From positions 78,864,001 to 78,928,000 of the forward strand of contig NC_133622.1 in NCBI RefSeq assembly GCF_048593235.1: a stretch of 64,000 nt of DNA, in the 5' to 3' direction. The notes below the pieces were generated by a model, which worked only from the letters and a program-made list of their open reading frames with translations, searched no databases and was not told the origin of the DNA. This DNA is from Sminthopsis crassicaudata. Its lineage: Eukaryota. Shown piece after piece: positions 28,201-40,980 of the stretch; position 1 is the stretch's first letter, and every line of letters begins with the position of its first letter. A program made the position numbers and the translations under genes.

Positions 28201-29958
28201 TTTCATGGTGCCACACTACAATGCATCATAGAAAAGAGGAGAAAGAACATGAGAAGTTAAAAAAAAGGGAATAAGAAAAATCCCTTAATTGCAAAGACAG
28301 ACTATAAGATCAGGTATAAGAGATTCACAAATACATTTTACAGGAACACAATTTTTAGATTATTTAGAAATTTTAGATTTAAAAACTATGAGAAAAAAAT
28401 TATAATATGGGTGTAATAAGGTTCCATATTATAATGTCAAGGAAACAAAGTTCAAAATTACAAACTTAATATGTTTTGATAATGCCATTTAAAAACATCT
28501 GAATAAAATAGTATTTTATTTTAACTTTTGCTTTTTAATTACTCATATAGGAACACCAGGCCAGACTATAGAATGCTTCTAGTTTTTTTATATACTGTAT
28601 GCATTTCTGATAAATGTGAAAAGAATAGATGACCTGGCAGAAGGCTCAGACAATAACATGTGATTTACAGGACATGAATGCAGCTACTATAAGATTTATC
28701 TGACAGCCCTCTCCGATAGTGGACTGTTGAGTATCCGATGGAATGATTTCTAGTCTGGAAAGTCTACTACTGAGTAGCCATACACATTATTTATTTATTA
28801 GATGTTTTGGGTTGAAACCATTTTTAAATGATGCACTTCACAATGCACAGCCATAAATTTGGCTTTAAACCCGAGAAGGGAGGTAGTGTTATTGGAATGT
28901 ATGTCAGACTGAATTAGGATGAGCAATGCAACGCTTTTATAAAGTGGCCTTGAATGTAACGTCAGTTCTTTCAAAAAATGATATTAATGTCAAATAAGCA
29001 GGATACAAACATTTTGTACAAGGCTAAAGTAATGTTAAATGAAACTTTTTTTAAAATATAGAAGGTTTTTCACAAATGATAGTATTTTCACAAATGTGTG
29101 AACACTTGGAACCTACAAGTTTTATGTTTGTGCAAAACAATACTGGACATATGACAACTTATTCCATTTTTACACATTAAAAATAGAATTTCCTAAATAT
29201 CAAGTGTCACCTAATTTTTAGATGACAAAATATTTTAAGTCAAGGTTATGCAGTTTAAATGTTGAACTATTTTATATAAACTATCTTCTAGTTATATCTG
29301 TGGATAGACCAATTGTAGTAAGGACTCCTTTATACTACCAATAAATACTACTATTTCTGGAGTTAAATAATTTTTCTTTCTTTTTTTTTTTTAAATAGCT
29401 GCTTCTTCCATAAAAATGTGTGCAGGGAAAATTATTAATTCTGTGGCTCAATGAATCATTATTGCACATTTATATTATTCTATGGTCTTTTTGCTGCTAA
29501 TGATAATATTCCAAATAAGAAAATTTGCATGTTTTTTAAAGTCTGAGTTTAATCTCCTTCTTGTTACAAAAGATGGTTTGTTAAATACTATGTTAAACAA
29601 TATAATTATAAAATTACTTGTAAATGAAAACAGGAGAAATAATCAAAGTGTGTTTGAATTTCACAAAATTAAACATCCGTAATTTGTAAAGTTTAAAATC
29701 ACATTTGCAGATGTTAAATTCACTAGTATACCAGATTATTTATGAGATTAAAAACTAGTTTTTGACCTGATCTTTTGATCTTTGGCATGTAATCCTCTCC
29801 ATCTCCTCTTAAAAAATTAATTAGAATTTTAGCAAGATGCTATCTCTTCACTTACTGCTGTAACTTGCACCAAAAAAATATATCAATCAAGCTCAACCCA
29901 TCCCCTCCCAATATCTGCAAAATGTCGTCCTGAAATTGAATTTCATATCTCTTTAGCT

Positions 29959-30114
29959 NNNNNNNNNNNNNNNNNNNNNNNNNNNNNNNNNNNNNNNNNN
30001 NNNNNNNNNNNNNNNNNNNNNNNNNNNNNNNNNNNNNNNNNNNNNNNNNNNNNNNNNNNNNNNNNNNNNNNNNNNNNNNNNNNNNNNNNNNNNNNNNNNN
30101 NNNNNNNNNNNNNN
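29959..30114. other. Assembly gap (156 N)
   Basis: Run of N. Confidence 1.
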
Positions 30115-31990
30115 CACATCATTTCTCATAGTGAATATATATTACTGGCGCATTGAATTTTTAAGCTCAAAATACTTAACAATTTAACAAGTAAAAAATA
30201 CATATATATTTTTCTTTTGAATAACAATACTGAGGTTTCTTGTCTTTTGGTATTTACTTGGCTAAGTGATCTTCATATCTCATTTGATTAGATTAGCATT
30301 AAGCAGCACTGTGACATTTTTGACAAATAGGTGCATTAGAGCATGTCATTTTATTCCCTTTTTTTTTTTTTGGCTTCTAACATTCAGCTATGTGATATAC
30401 TAAAGAGAATGTGCTTGTGTGACACATATGATATTTTTCCTTATATTAAAAACATTTTTTCATTGTCTATAAAAAGTAAAATCCTTTTTTTTTACAAAAG
30501 AAAAACACAAAATATAAAACTGTGTCAATATAAACAGTAATTTCTGTCAGTTTTTAAAAGAAAGATAACTAAAATTGCACATAACAAATTTTACACATGT
30601 ACCATATTAGCAACTGATAATTTTCTTCCAAGAATTAAGCAAGCAATTATTTCAATACAGAGAACTGTAGTGGAGAAAGAAATTTGTTAAATGACAAAAT
30701 ACTGTTTTCTGAAGGAGATGATTAAGTTATACAAACATGATTCTCACTATAGCCAGAATAATAAGCCTACTAGAAATACAACTACTCATTGCCTAGTTCA
30801 TTGTAAAATCCATTAAGTGTAATCTCTACAAGTAATTGTTCTTATTGCACTTTATTGACACTGCACAGTATTGATTTTTCACACCTTCTATGATTCTTTC
30901 ATTTGTATTCATGAAATGTCCATCAGCACAGTCTAAATAAATTTGGCAATATAGGCACTAAAATGAATAAATCAATGCAAAGAAACATTAATTTTGCATT
31001 ATCCTTATTCGTCAGGCAAGTAAACCATAAGGGCTATAAATGAAGGTCAAAGGTTTTGAAATGGGTCAGAACCCTTGACCTCTAGACCAATACCCTTCCC
31101 ATTAAAAAAGGCTATTTTAAAGTTTTAAGTAGGGGAATTTACTACCAACAAGATATTGGTTTTAAAAGACTACAAAGAAAAAGTTCAATAAAAACACTCC
31201 TCTATTTAACTGCAAACAAAAATGAAAAAATAAGCCAAAAGTGTATATAGTTCACTCACAAAGTACATGTTTTTATTACATTAAGATTTATGCTTGTGTG
31301 CATAAATATAAACTCACACAAACATGTACATAGAAGAAATACAATTTTAATATATTCTAAATTCTTAAGACTTAATATAAGATAAAAGTAATAAAAAGAC
31401 TTACAAAATTATTAAACATCTAAGTAATTCTGCTTTTAGTACTTAAATGCTCTGCTGCTATTCCCCTAAATCCACTGTACATGTCAAAAATAATTAGCAA
31501 TGACAAGGGTTCAAAAGTATTTATCACTCATTTTATAACCTCTACACACAAAAAAAGAAGAAAACCCATTATTCCCAGAGGAGACAGAATGCCACTCTCA
31601 AGCTGTAGAAATAAATCTGTTTCTATAACCTTAATATTGTATTGATTTTTATCTCCTCTTATAAAAGATGACAGCAGAGAATTATTTAGTCACCTCAAGA
31701 TGGAGGTTACATATAACCTAGACATTTTTAATGGGACTCTAAAAACCTCTGTTTTCCCTCACCTACTCAGATCACTAAGTACATAAACCAATATGATCCA
31801 TTAAGGATCATAAGGAGTTTGGAAGTAGTTTTTCAAAAAAATTTAGTAAAATCACTAATAGGCTATAATCTGGAAATAGCAATTAATCAAACAATCAGGA
31901 TACACTTATTTCCACTTCTGATACACTTTTAAAATAAAATTTACCTATGAATTCCTAAAAGATAAAAATTTTACAATTGCGTTTACTCAC

Positions 31991-32052
31991 CTGAGAACAC
32001 AGCAGCATAACCAATTCCACAACTGAGCTACTGGACTTCATGCAAACCAGAC
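31991..32052 (-). CDS. LRBA: LRBA internal coding exon (62 nt; S-LVCMKSSSSVVELVMLLCSQ)
   Basis: Minus strand reads tttaaaaatag|GTCTGGTTTGC...TGTTCTCAG|gtgagt. Phase 1 entry completes AGT with the previous exon, and exit is phase 0. Confidence 0.95.
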
Positions 32053-33529
32053 CTATTTTTAAAAACGATAAAAAATAATGTGACAAAAGTACATCTGAGG
32101 CTCTAATTGCATAAAAAGAAAACTTGTCAAAATTTTTTAAAGTTACTAAACATTTATTTACACATCAATACAGCAATCAAGAACAAAATATAGTTTGTAA
32201 TTTCACTGTGATTTCTAAATGTCTGAATAGAAAAACATTATTTTTATCATACAAATTCTTTTTCTCTATATTTTCTGATGGATCATTGAAATATTATGTA
32301 AATTCATATATATTCACAATTCATCATTACTTGTAGAAATGTGCATAGCATATGCTATATTGATTGATATCATCTACATTTTGTGTTTTCAAAAGAGTTG
32401 GTCATTATACATGCAGAGAAGGGAAATGGCTCCATGACCTTTGCTTTCTCCACTCCTCTCTTTTCCTTCAACCCTCTAGCTATCAATCAAGTTTCCATTC
32501 TGTTTCATGGCAGTAGACATCCCAAACACTCTTATTAGTACTTTGACCTGTGACCTCACACTAAACCTTAGCAGAAGTGCAAGTAGTTACTCATTAGGTA
32601 GTCTTGATTTCTTATAAATTGTTTATTTACTTTTTTTTCTTTAATGCATCATTTTAGCTCATATATTGATGCTACCCCCTCCCCATAAAAAAAAAAACCT
32701 ATCATATAAAGAGCATACTCTTTTTACAATGTTTTTACACAAAGAGCTATGCAAAAAGATTACTGTATGCACTAATATAAAATGCCCTATCTAAATAGGT
32801 GTAAACAGTGTTTCCAGTTTCTAAGGTGGTAGAATTAAACATTATTTCTTCTTATTCTACATCACAATAGGCAAACAGTATGAGTTCTAATAAGTATTAT
32901 CTGAGAAAGCCCATGGGAATTTTTAGTGGCTTTCAGCAATTGTCCCCCATGTAAATCATTCTTTTTTCTTTCTCCTTTTTTATTCTTCCTTTCCATCTTT
33001 CAATCTCCACGCTCATCTCCTTCAAGTAAAAAATGATCTACTCCTTTCTTTCCCTTTTCCTCCCCTGCTTATTCTTCACAAGTTATTTTGTTGTGGTAAA
33101 GAGACTGCTTGACCCTTATTTCACACATTTAAAAAAATAAGACAGATTACTTTAAAGGTGTGAAATTGAAGTAAAATGTGTTTAGTTCAAGTGAAATATG
33201 CTATGATACCTTTGGAAGAACTGAGGCATGAGCAATGGAAAAGAAAGGAAAAGGAAAAATAGGATGTTTTTTGGTGGCAAAAAGAATTAGGGCAGAAAGA
33301 AAAACAATGACAGAAAAAAGTACATAAAGAGAAAAAAATTCATGTGGTTTAACAATTAGGAAGATATGAAAAGTAGCTTAATATAACACTGAACTGTAAT
33401 CAATAATGTTAACCTAATCTAATGAATAAAACAGTAATTTCTAAAATATGAAGTAGTGCTATTATGATAATGATCTTTAAAAGTTGGTTGGTGAAATTTT
33501 TTTAAAAATTTTTCTTTATGGAAATGATT

Positions 33530-34700
33530 CCTTCTAGATATCCCAAATTTAGATCCTAAAGTCCAATATTTTCAAAATAGAGCTGATTACTTTCCCCTGA
33601 ATTCTACCCCCTATATTATACATCCTTATTCTCATCAAAAGGGACCCACTGTACTTTCAATAATCTAGATTCACATCAAAATAATACTTCAAACTTTGAG
33701 TTCACTACATACAATCTTGTCAAGTTTTTGTCTCCTATCTTTATAACACCTATTTCTCTCTGCTACCACTAACCCCACTTTAGGTCTTTAATATCTATCA
33801 CATTTACCAGAGTGTCAAACTCACTGCCTCTCCAAAGTGTACCAACAATATTAAATGTAATTAGAAAATTTAACAAAATAAAATACAATATGGAAAATGT
33901 TAATTAGAAGTTTACTAAGGCAGTGTGTGGCAGCATCCATTTCTATTTGAGTTTGACACCAATGACCTAAACTACTGTACTCTTCTTCAAATTGAGTCTT
34001 CCTGACTCAAAACTCTCCTATTTCCAATTCATCCACTGTAGATAGTTATGTCAAAATAGCGTTCATAAAGGAAAGGTCTATACATATCACTCTCCTGAAC
34101 AGAAACACTAAGAGGGAAAGCAGATGAGGAAACTTGGTTCAGATTAATATACTACAATAATAACCATATCATAAAAGAATTCAATGACTGGAAGTTAATA
34201 AGTTTCCCTACTATAAGCAAGATTCTTAAGCAAAATATGGTAGTAATCAGAGACGATAAAATGAATTGGCATCTATGACATACAATTGAAAAACTAGCAC
34301 AAAATTAACAAAACTAAAATTATAAGAGAAACAAGAAACTTGCAGAAATCTTTGTATTTACATCCCAACGGATATAAATGAGAATAAAGCAGCATTTATA
34401 TAGTATATAGTATTGTATAATAGATACAAACTTGGCAGCAAAATTAGGAAGTCCAGGGTTTAAATGCCACTTCTCACACATCCTGCCTCCTGCTCCACTC
34501 CCAGGGAAGCCACTTAGCATAACACTCTCATTACTGTAGGTAACTCTCTTAAGACTACAAATTGCAGAGCACCTGCTGACCTGTGTTAGTGGAGAAAATT
34601 TCCTTATTCAGGATTTCAAGACTAAAGTCAAGTCCATAATTATTTATTAAGTATCAACTATGTGCCAGGTACTGTGCAAAGTACTAGGGATTCAAGGAAA
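33530..34700. mobile_element. L2 and MIR remnants
   Basis: L2-like pyrimidine-rich body, MIR head near 34420-34620 and an L2 tail near 34630-34700. Confidence 0.5.
33808..33964. mobile_element. hAT-type MITE remnant nested in L2
   Basis: Perfect 12-bp inverted repeat GTGTCAAACTCA (33812-33823) / TGAGTTTGACAC (33948-33959). The 8-bp TSD is degenerate. Confidence 0.7.
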
Positions 34701-35249
34701 GACAAAAGCTGGAGAGTACAAGAAGAATAAAGAATGAAAAATTAAATTATTGGCAGTCTTTTATAGCTAAATTTATTTTAAAACAGAAGTCTTTACCCCA
34801 ATAGATAAATGGTTATATTATATGAATAAGTAGTTTTCAAAAGAAAAAATCAAAGTTACGGATAATCATTGGGAAAAAGTTGCAAAGGGACTTTTATTTC
34901 ACAAATTCTGATTTCAAAAAAAAAAACCCTGAAAAATGCAAGAAATTTAGTAATAATACATCCAATGAGAAACTGCAGTTAATTACTTCCTCTACTCCAG
35001 ACATGCACAAAAAAATCAGTCAACAACTCAAAGTTAACAGGAAAGGGGACAATGTGCAAAGCCAATGCAAATGCCAAAAAAAAAAAAAAAAAAAAAAAAG
35101 AAGCATCCCACCATAATAAGAAAAGGATCACAAAGATGGATAGCCTTTGAGTTCTTGTGTGACAATAACAATAATGGAAGTCTATCAATCCCTTGTTCAT
35201 AAGCCACATACAACCCACCATAAAGAAAGCCCAAAAAAAAAACCCCTAA

Positions 35250-37450
35250 GAGTTATCATAAACCCAGAATGAAGAGGACCTTGAAAGCAACAAGAAGACA
35301 TAGGGCAGAGTACCAACTCTCAGATCTGAAATACCACAGGCAATCAGGACTTTCAAGAACAATAAAGAGACCCCAGAATAATAAGAACTCTGAAACTCAA
35401 GGATCCAAGTATGTCTAACCCTTGGAAGAGAAAGTCAGCAAAGGAAAACCCAGAATGCAAGGAACACAAGACTGGCAAACCCATGTAAATACCCATCAGA
35501 AAAATCTCAATTTGAGGGAAGAAGGGAACTGGAAAAATAAATAAACCAAAGAAGATATCACCTAGAATTTATCCTGCCCCCCCAAAAAAAATTTATGTAG
35601 ATCTAAATTCCCCCACCCCATACAAAGACCAACTTTGTAACAATTACAGTGACTTGAAGGAAAACAATGATTCCATCAGACAGAAAAAAACAGAACAAAA
35701 CAAGAAGGAAGAACCAATAGAAGGAAAAGTAAGCTAATTGATATGGGGGCGTGGGGTAGGGGGAAAACACAAAACACAATATCTGACAAAGTCAGAGAAA
35801 AAATTTCAGAATCACGGAGTTCCCTAAGGACCATAATTCAAAGATCTGGATACTACATTTCAAGAAATCATAAATGAAAATTGCTAACATTTATTAGAAC
35901 CAAAGGACAAATTGAAGATAGGATCCATCAATCACTTCCTGAAAGTCATCTCAAAAGGAAAAGTCCCAAGAATGAAATAGCCAAAGTTCAGAGTTCCCAC
36001 ATTAAAGAAATGTATGCAGAAAAAGTTCAAGTGCTTAAATGGAAGGGAATCACACAGGATCCCCCAACTTCTATTAACATCTCATGGAAAATTAGAATTT
36101 TGTATCACAAAAAAGCAAAACAAAACAAAAACCAACAGGTTTACATGAGAACTTCGTACACACTAACAGCAAGATTATATGATAATCAACCACAATAGAC
36201 AGTTCCTACTAGAAGGAGGTTTCAAAAAGAGAAATATGGAAACTGAATATGGATTGATGCACCATATTTTCACCTTTTTTTTATTTTGTTTCTTTCCTTC
36301 TTGTGGCTTTTTCCTCCTTTTGGGAACATGACAATATGGAAATACATTTAGAAAAACTATACATGTTTAATCTAAATCAAATTGCTTGCTGTCTTGGGGA
36401 AAGAGGAGAGACAGAAGAAAAAATCTGGAACACAAAATTTTATATAACTGAATGTTGAAAATGATCTTTACATGTATTTGGAAAACAAAATAGTATTAAA
36501 AAAATACAGATTTACAACCAAGAATAACTTATCATGCAAAGTTGAAAATAATGTTACAGAGGGGAAAATGGAATATTATCTTTCAAAATTTTCTAGTTAA
36601 AAAACCAGAATTTTTAAAAACAAAATGTGAAGTTGAGAGAAACCTAAAAAAAGTAAATTCACTAGAACAACTGAAAGAGGCTATACAATGATAAAATGCT
36701 AACACTCTAAAAATGGAAAAGAAGCTAAATTTCCTTAAGTCTTAATCTCTTATAAAGATACTGAGGAAATCAGAAAAGAAAAACAAAGGTCTTGGGGAGG
36801 AAAGGCAAGGATAAAGAATAAAGTCAAATGAATAAGCATATGTTAAACATTTCCTATGGGCAGGTACTGGGCTGTACACAGTATTGTAATGTACATAGAC
36901 AGAAGAAGGAAGGAAGTAGAACTCACGATTTTACTAAAAGATATATAAGAAGAGTATCAGAAGTATCTCTTATCTAAAAAAGACAAAGGAAGATTGAACA
37001 TATAAACACAGAAATAAATATATCAAAATAAACAGGTAAATATGCAAATTGAGGTATGTACTAGAATAAAAAGTGATAGCAGAGAGAATATCAGAAAGAA
37101 AACTAATCAAAGAAATAAATGTCTATGACCCTGAAGAGAAGGGGGAAAAGGTCACTGAAAATGATACCTATTAGTTGGGGGATATCTGGGGGAGGGGAGG
37201 ATGTTGTTTACAAATGTAACTGAATAATATTACTATAATGTAAAAAAGTGACAAGAAGCACTTTAAGAGAATTACAAATAATATCAATTGACTCAGAACT
37301 AAGTAAGCAAATCCAAGAAAATAAATTTAACAAATAATTCTTTTAACAATTCTAATAGTCCTAATAGAATTATAGTCTAATTGTCCTAATAAAATTAGGA
37401 ACTATAATAAATGTCTCCAGAGGACCTATGAAGTAAGGAGTATAAAAAGA
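35250..37450 (+). mobile_element. Old L1 ORF1-region remnants with an inserted L1 3' end (~36230-36500)
   Basis: Degenerate ORF1-like reading (..FQEIINEN..IEDRIHQSLPE..PKNEIAK) on an A-rich sense strand. Confidence 0.6.
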
Positions 37451-37982
37451 GCCATATATTTTGGGATTTGGCTATTGTCAATTCATTTTGAATGATCACG
37501 CTCGTGTTATATATGAGGTTTTTCTTATATTAGTTTTTAATTGAGAAGAATCAGAACAATTTATAATAGTGATGCTCCAAAAAAGAAGGAAACTGAAAAA
37601 TTGAAATATTTTTTCATATCCACAGAAGATAGAATGAAGTTCATAAGAAAGAGTGAAAAGTTTCTCCCTGGTCTATCAAAAATAAATTCAGTACTGAGGG
37701 AAATCAACTTTTCTTAATAATTTTTTTTTCCCAGTAGATAAAGGTCATGAAATTTTCAATTAATCACTAAAGAAGGCTGAGAGTTTCCCTAAATGTATCA
37801 GTTTTCAGGCTGCCTTACTACCAAACTGCATTTATACCATCAAATGGCAAGGCCTTCCACCATTCAATTTGGCTCCTAGGAAACAATATTCATAAAACAA
37901 TATTCCTAATTCTGTTTCACTTATCACACAGCATTTGGATCCTGTTCTTTAAAAAAATTCCTTCTACTTAAATTTAAGAAGT

Positions 37983-38613
37983 TGATGAGGTAATAGGGGA
38001 ATCTCAAAATGATGAGGTAACTTGAACCAAATCATGAGATAAATACCTAATAATGAGGTATATACCTCAATAGGATTAAGTGAGGTCTAGTGGCAGGATT
38101 CGGGGCACAGGGAGTCACATGGAGCTCCCCTGCAACCCCCTTAGGATTCAGCGCAAGGATACAAAGTTAAATCAGGTCTAGTGGCTGCGAGAGTCCCCTG
38201 TAAGTAAATTTACAGGCCCGAAAACCTAGATGGGTAAAAGATGTTTATTGAAGGGTTTGGAAGCAAGGTTCAGGTCTGGTTAGTAAAAGGCATTAGATAG
38301 AGGAAGATACACGCCCAAAGCGGTGGGGACAGAGAATCTCTGATGGAAGCATCTTGGCTGGCATCTTTCAAATCTCTGAACCAAAGATGGTTCTAGCTTT
38401 GCTCTTTTTATCTGCTTGAAGAAGTAATGGGCGGAGCTCAGGTTAATTCCTAGAAGGCCAGATTTTTGGCGGGCTTTATCCAGGCCAGCTCAGATCCAGT
38501 GGGGGGCTGGGTACAAGCCCAGATTAGTTTGACCAGATCTTGTATCAAAGGTCCAAGTCCCAAAGGAAGTTGGAGATCAAACAAGGAATATCAAGGGGCT
38601 ACCGCCCTCAACA
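37983..38613 (-). mobile_element. Solo ERV LTR (631 bp) with 4-bp TSD
   Basis: TG...CA termini. TSD AAGT at 37979-37982 and 38614-38617. AATAAA on the minus strand at 38244-38249. CpGs are relatively well retained. Confidence 0.85.
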
Positions 38614-38781
38614 AAGTGACTAACAATTTTATTAAAAAGAGGGAAAAGAGGCTTAATCATTCTGAATGTTTAAAGTATTTCTCTATTGACTAAAAGCATC
38701 ATATAAATTATTCTTGCATATGCCAACTCCTGCCCTCTCAAAAAGAATATCTCAAACTCAGGCTGATTTCTCATAAGGAAA

Positions 38782-39482
38782 GGTGGCAAATAGATGGATC
38801 AGTAGCTAGAATGCTAGGCCTTGGGTCATAAGACTTGAGTTCAAATGTGGTCCCTGACCCTCCCTAGCTGTGTGAGCCTGGGCAAGTCACTTAGGCTCTA
38901 AGTGCTTTAATCCACTAGAGAAGGAAATGACCAACAGTGTCTGCCAAGAAAACCCCAAGAGCAGTATGGTCCACAATATCATGAACATGTGTGGTACAGA
39001 AATGGTGAGAGGTCACCATTTAATAAAAAAGTTGGAGAGATCTCTAGAATAAAGCAAAGTTTATTATACATTCTTAAGAGAAGGGCGTCCCACCCTTAGA
39101 GCAGACAATCAAAGAGAGGAAGCACCACCTGTGGGCGGACAGGACAGCACTTTTAATCCCTAACGCAAAAGACCCCTTACCACCCACTGACCCTCATCCT
39201 CACTGGCTGAGAGTCTTACATTCTAAACGCGAGATCTATCCACGAAATTGAATTTGACCAATAAGTACATAGTTGCCCATATTTGACTGAAAAAGGGAAG
39301 AAATTGTGTCATGGGAGGATAGCAGGAAGGGGACTCAATTATGCCCTTGAATCAATGCTCAAAGTCCTTCAGGCCTACTCAAATTCTGAAGTAGATGAAG
39401 CCTTACTCGATTTTCACAACTGTCTTGAAAGATCTCACCTCATCTCATTTAAACAGTAGGACATAACTGAAAAAAATAAACA
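38782..39482 (+). mobile_element. Mar1-type SINE split by an LTR
   Basis: Head, core and the ctgccaagaaaacccc tail run up to 38987. The tail resumes as gtaggacataactga after the LTR and its duplicated AACA. Confidence 0.75.
38988..39451 (-). mobile_element. Solo LTR (~464 bp) inserted into Mar1 SINE
   Basis: AACA duplicated at 38984-38987 and 39452-39455. One terminal dinucleotide is degenerate (TA). AATAAA on the minus strand at 39060-39065. Confidence 0.72.
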
Positions 39483-40479
39483 TCAATAAAGAACAGCACT
39501 GCTGATACAAAGTTATATTTGAATATGCAATCACCATTACGGCCATATCAGTGAGCCAAAATGCTAACAAATGAATGAATGGTATGTATTGTTATTGAAA
39601 ACAATTTAATATTTGAAGTAGAATTCTGAAAGTATACTTTTGTTTTGATTTGTTTTACAAACAAAATGAAATATGGAAAGGTATCAATTGTATCTGTGGA
39701 ACGCATTACAATGGAGGCAAGTAGAAATGACTAGAGAGTAATTTAGGATCAAATAAAACTTAACTAAAACTGAAGATCAAGTTGCCCTCACAGACTTGAA
39801 TATTTTATTTTGATATAACAATTCCAGAGCAAGGCTCTAATACGCATAAAGAACATCTCTATCCAAAATTTCAGTCTTTAGTTGATACAAAAGAAATGTA
39901 GCAATGAAAGCAGGAAATTAAAAAGTTCATGTGCAAAGATTTAATTGATTTGTAACTGAATCCCAGGCATTATCCCAGAAAGTCTGAGATAAAACTGAGA
40001 TGATGGTGCTCTTTTTCACTTAGGGTTCAATACTCTATAGTAATAAGAATGTTATTGTATTAAATCTAGAAGAGAAAATAAAAAGGCAAGAAGCAATTGC
40101 ACAATCAGATCAGACTGTAGAAATGAGATTTCAAATGATTCTTAGGGTTTCAAATGATTTAAATGAGATTTCAAATGATTCTCAGATCTGATCTAGGATC
40201 AGATAAGCACAATCAAAATGTGGTCCTTTAAATTTCTTCTTTTTCAATTTCTAATAATATTTTAATGTTTTAATAAGGGAGAAACAGGATGTCAACCAAA
40301 AAAAAAAAAAAAAACAAAAACCAACCCAATGGAGACTTTTATTCTAAAGAAGAAATTTCTGCCTACAGTGGCTATTTCCCAAAGGAAACTGGATTTATAC
40401 CCCACATGTGACTCCTGTGCTTTCTTCTCTTCTTTGTCGGTATTCTCTTATTTGATTAGAACATAAGCTCTCATGAGTT

Positions 40480-40980
40480 TTACTATCATTTCTATGTAGC
40501 TATAGCTCCCACATCTATGTATGCATTCCTAGTTTCTCTCCTAAACTTCAGTCATTCCAGTTATCCATTTGCATCTGGATTTCACATAAATATCACAAAT
40601 TCAAAATGTCAAAATCAAACTCATTATTATTTCCTTCAAAGCCACCTCTATTCTGAAATTTCTCTATTCTTGTCTTTTCAAAAATAGGAATCAAAGTATG
40701 TCACTCCTTCATTAAATAAACATGGCTTCCTATTTTAAACTCATATGTAAATTCTTTTGTTTGGCTTTTTAAATCTTTTACAACTTTATTTTAACCTATT
40801 TTTTCCAACCTTTCCATCCCACACTATAATTCAACCAGATTAGCCTTGCCAATTGTTCCTCACACACAATAATCCACATACCATTTCAATGTTTTTGCAA
40901 TAGGTATCCCCAATGTCTAGAATGTACTTTTCATAATCATCACATGCCCTTTAAAAATCCTACTGTCCTTCAAAACCATT
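40480..40980 (+). mobile_element. L2 ORF2 3' remnant
   Basis: tatcatttctatgtagc..ctcccacatctat..aaatgtcaaaatcaaactcattatt pattern. Confidence 0.55.

Noticed and set aside
28640-28800. Possible intronic snoRNA/scaRNA
   Set aside because: No terminal C/D box pair or convincing H/ACA hairpin architecture on the LRBA strand.
31044-31081. Cluster of nuclear-receptor half-sites (AGGTCA-A-AGGTTT, GGGTCA, TGACCT)
   Set aside because: It overlaps what looks like a degraded antisense MIR head, so the motifs are probably repeat-derived.
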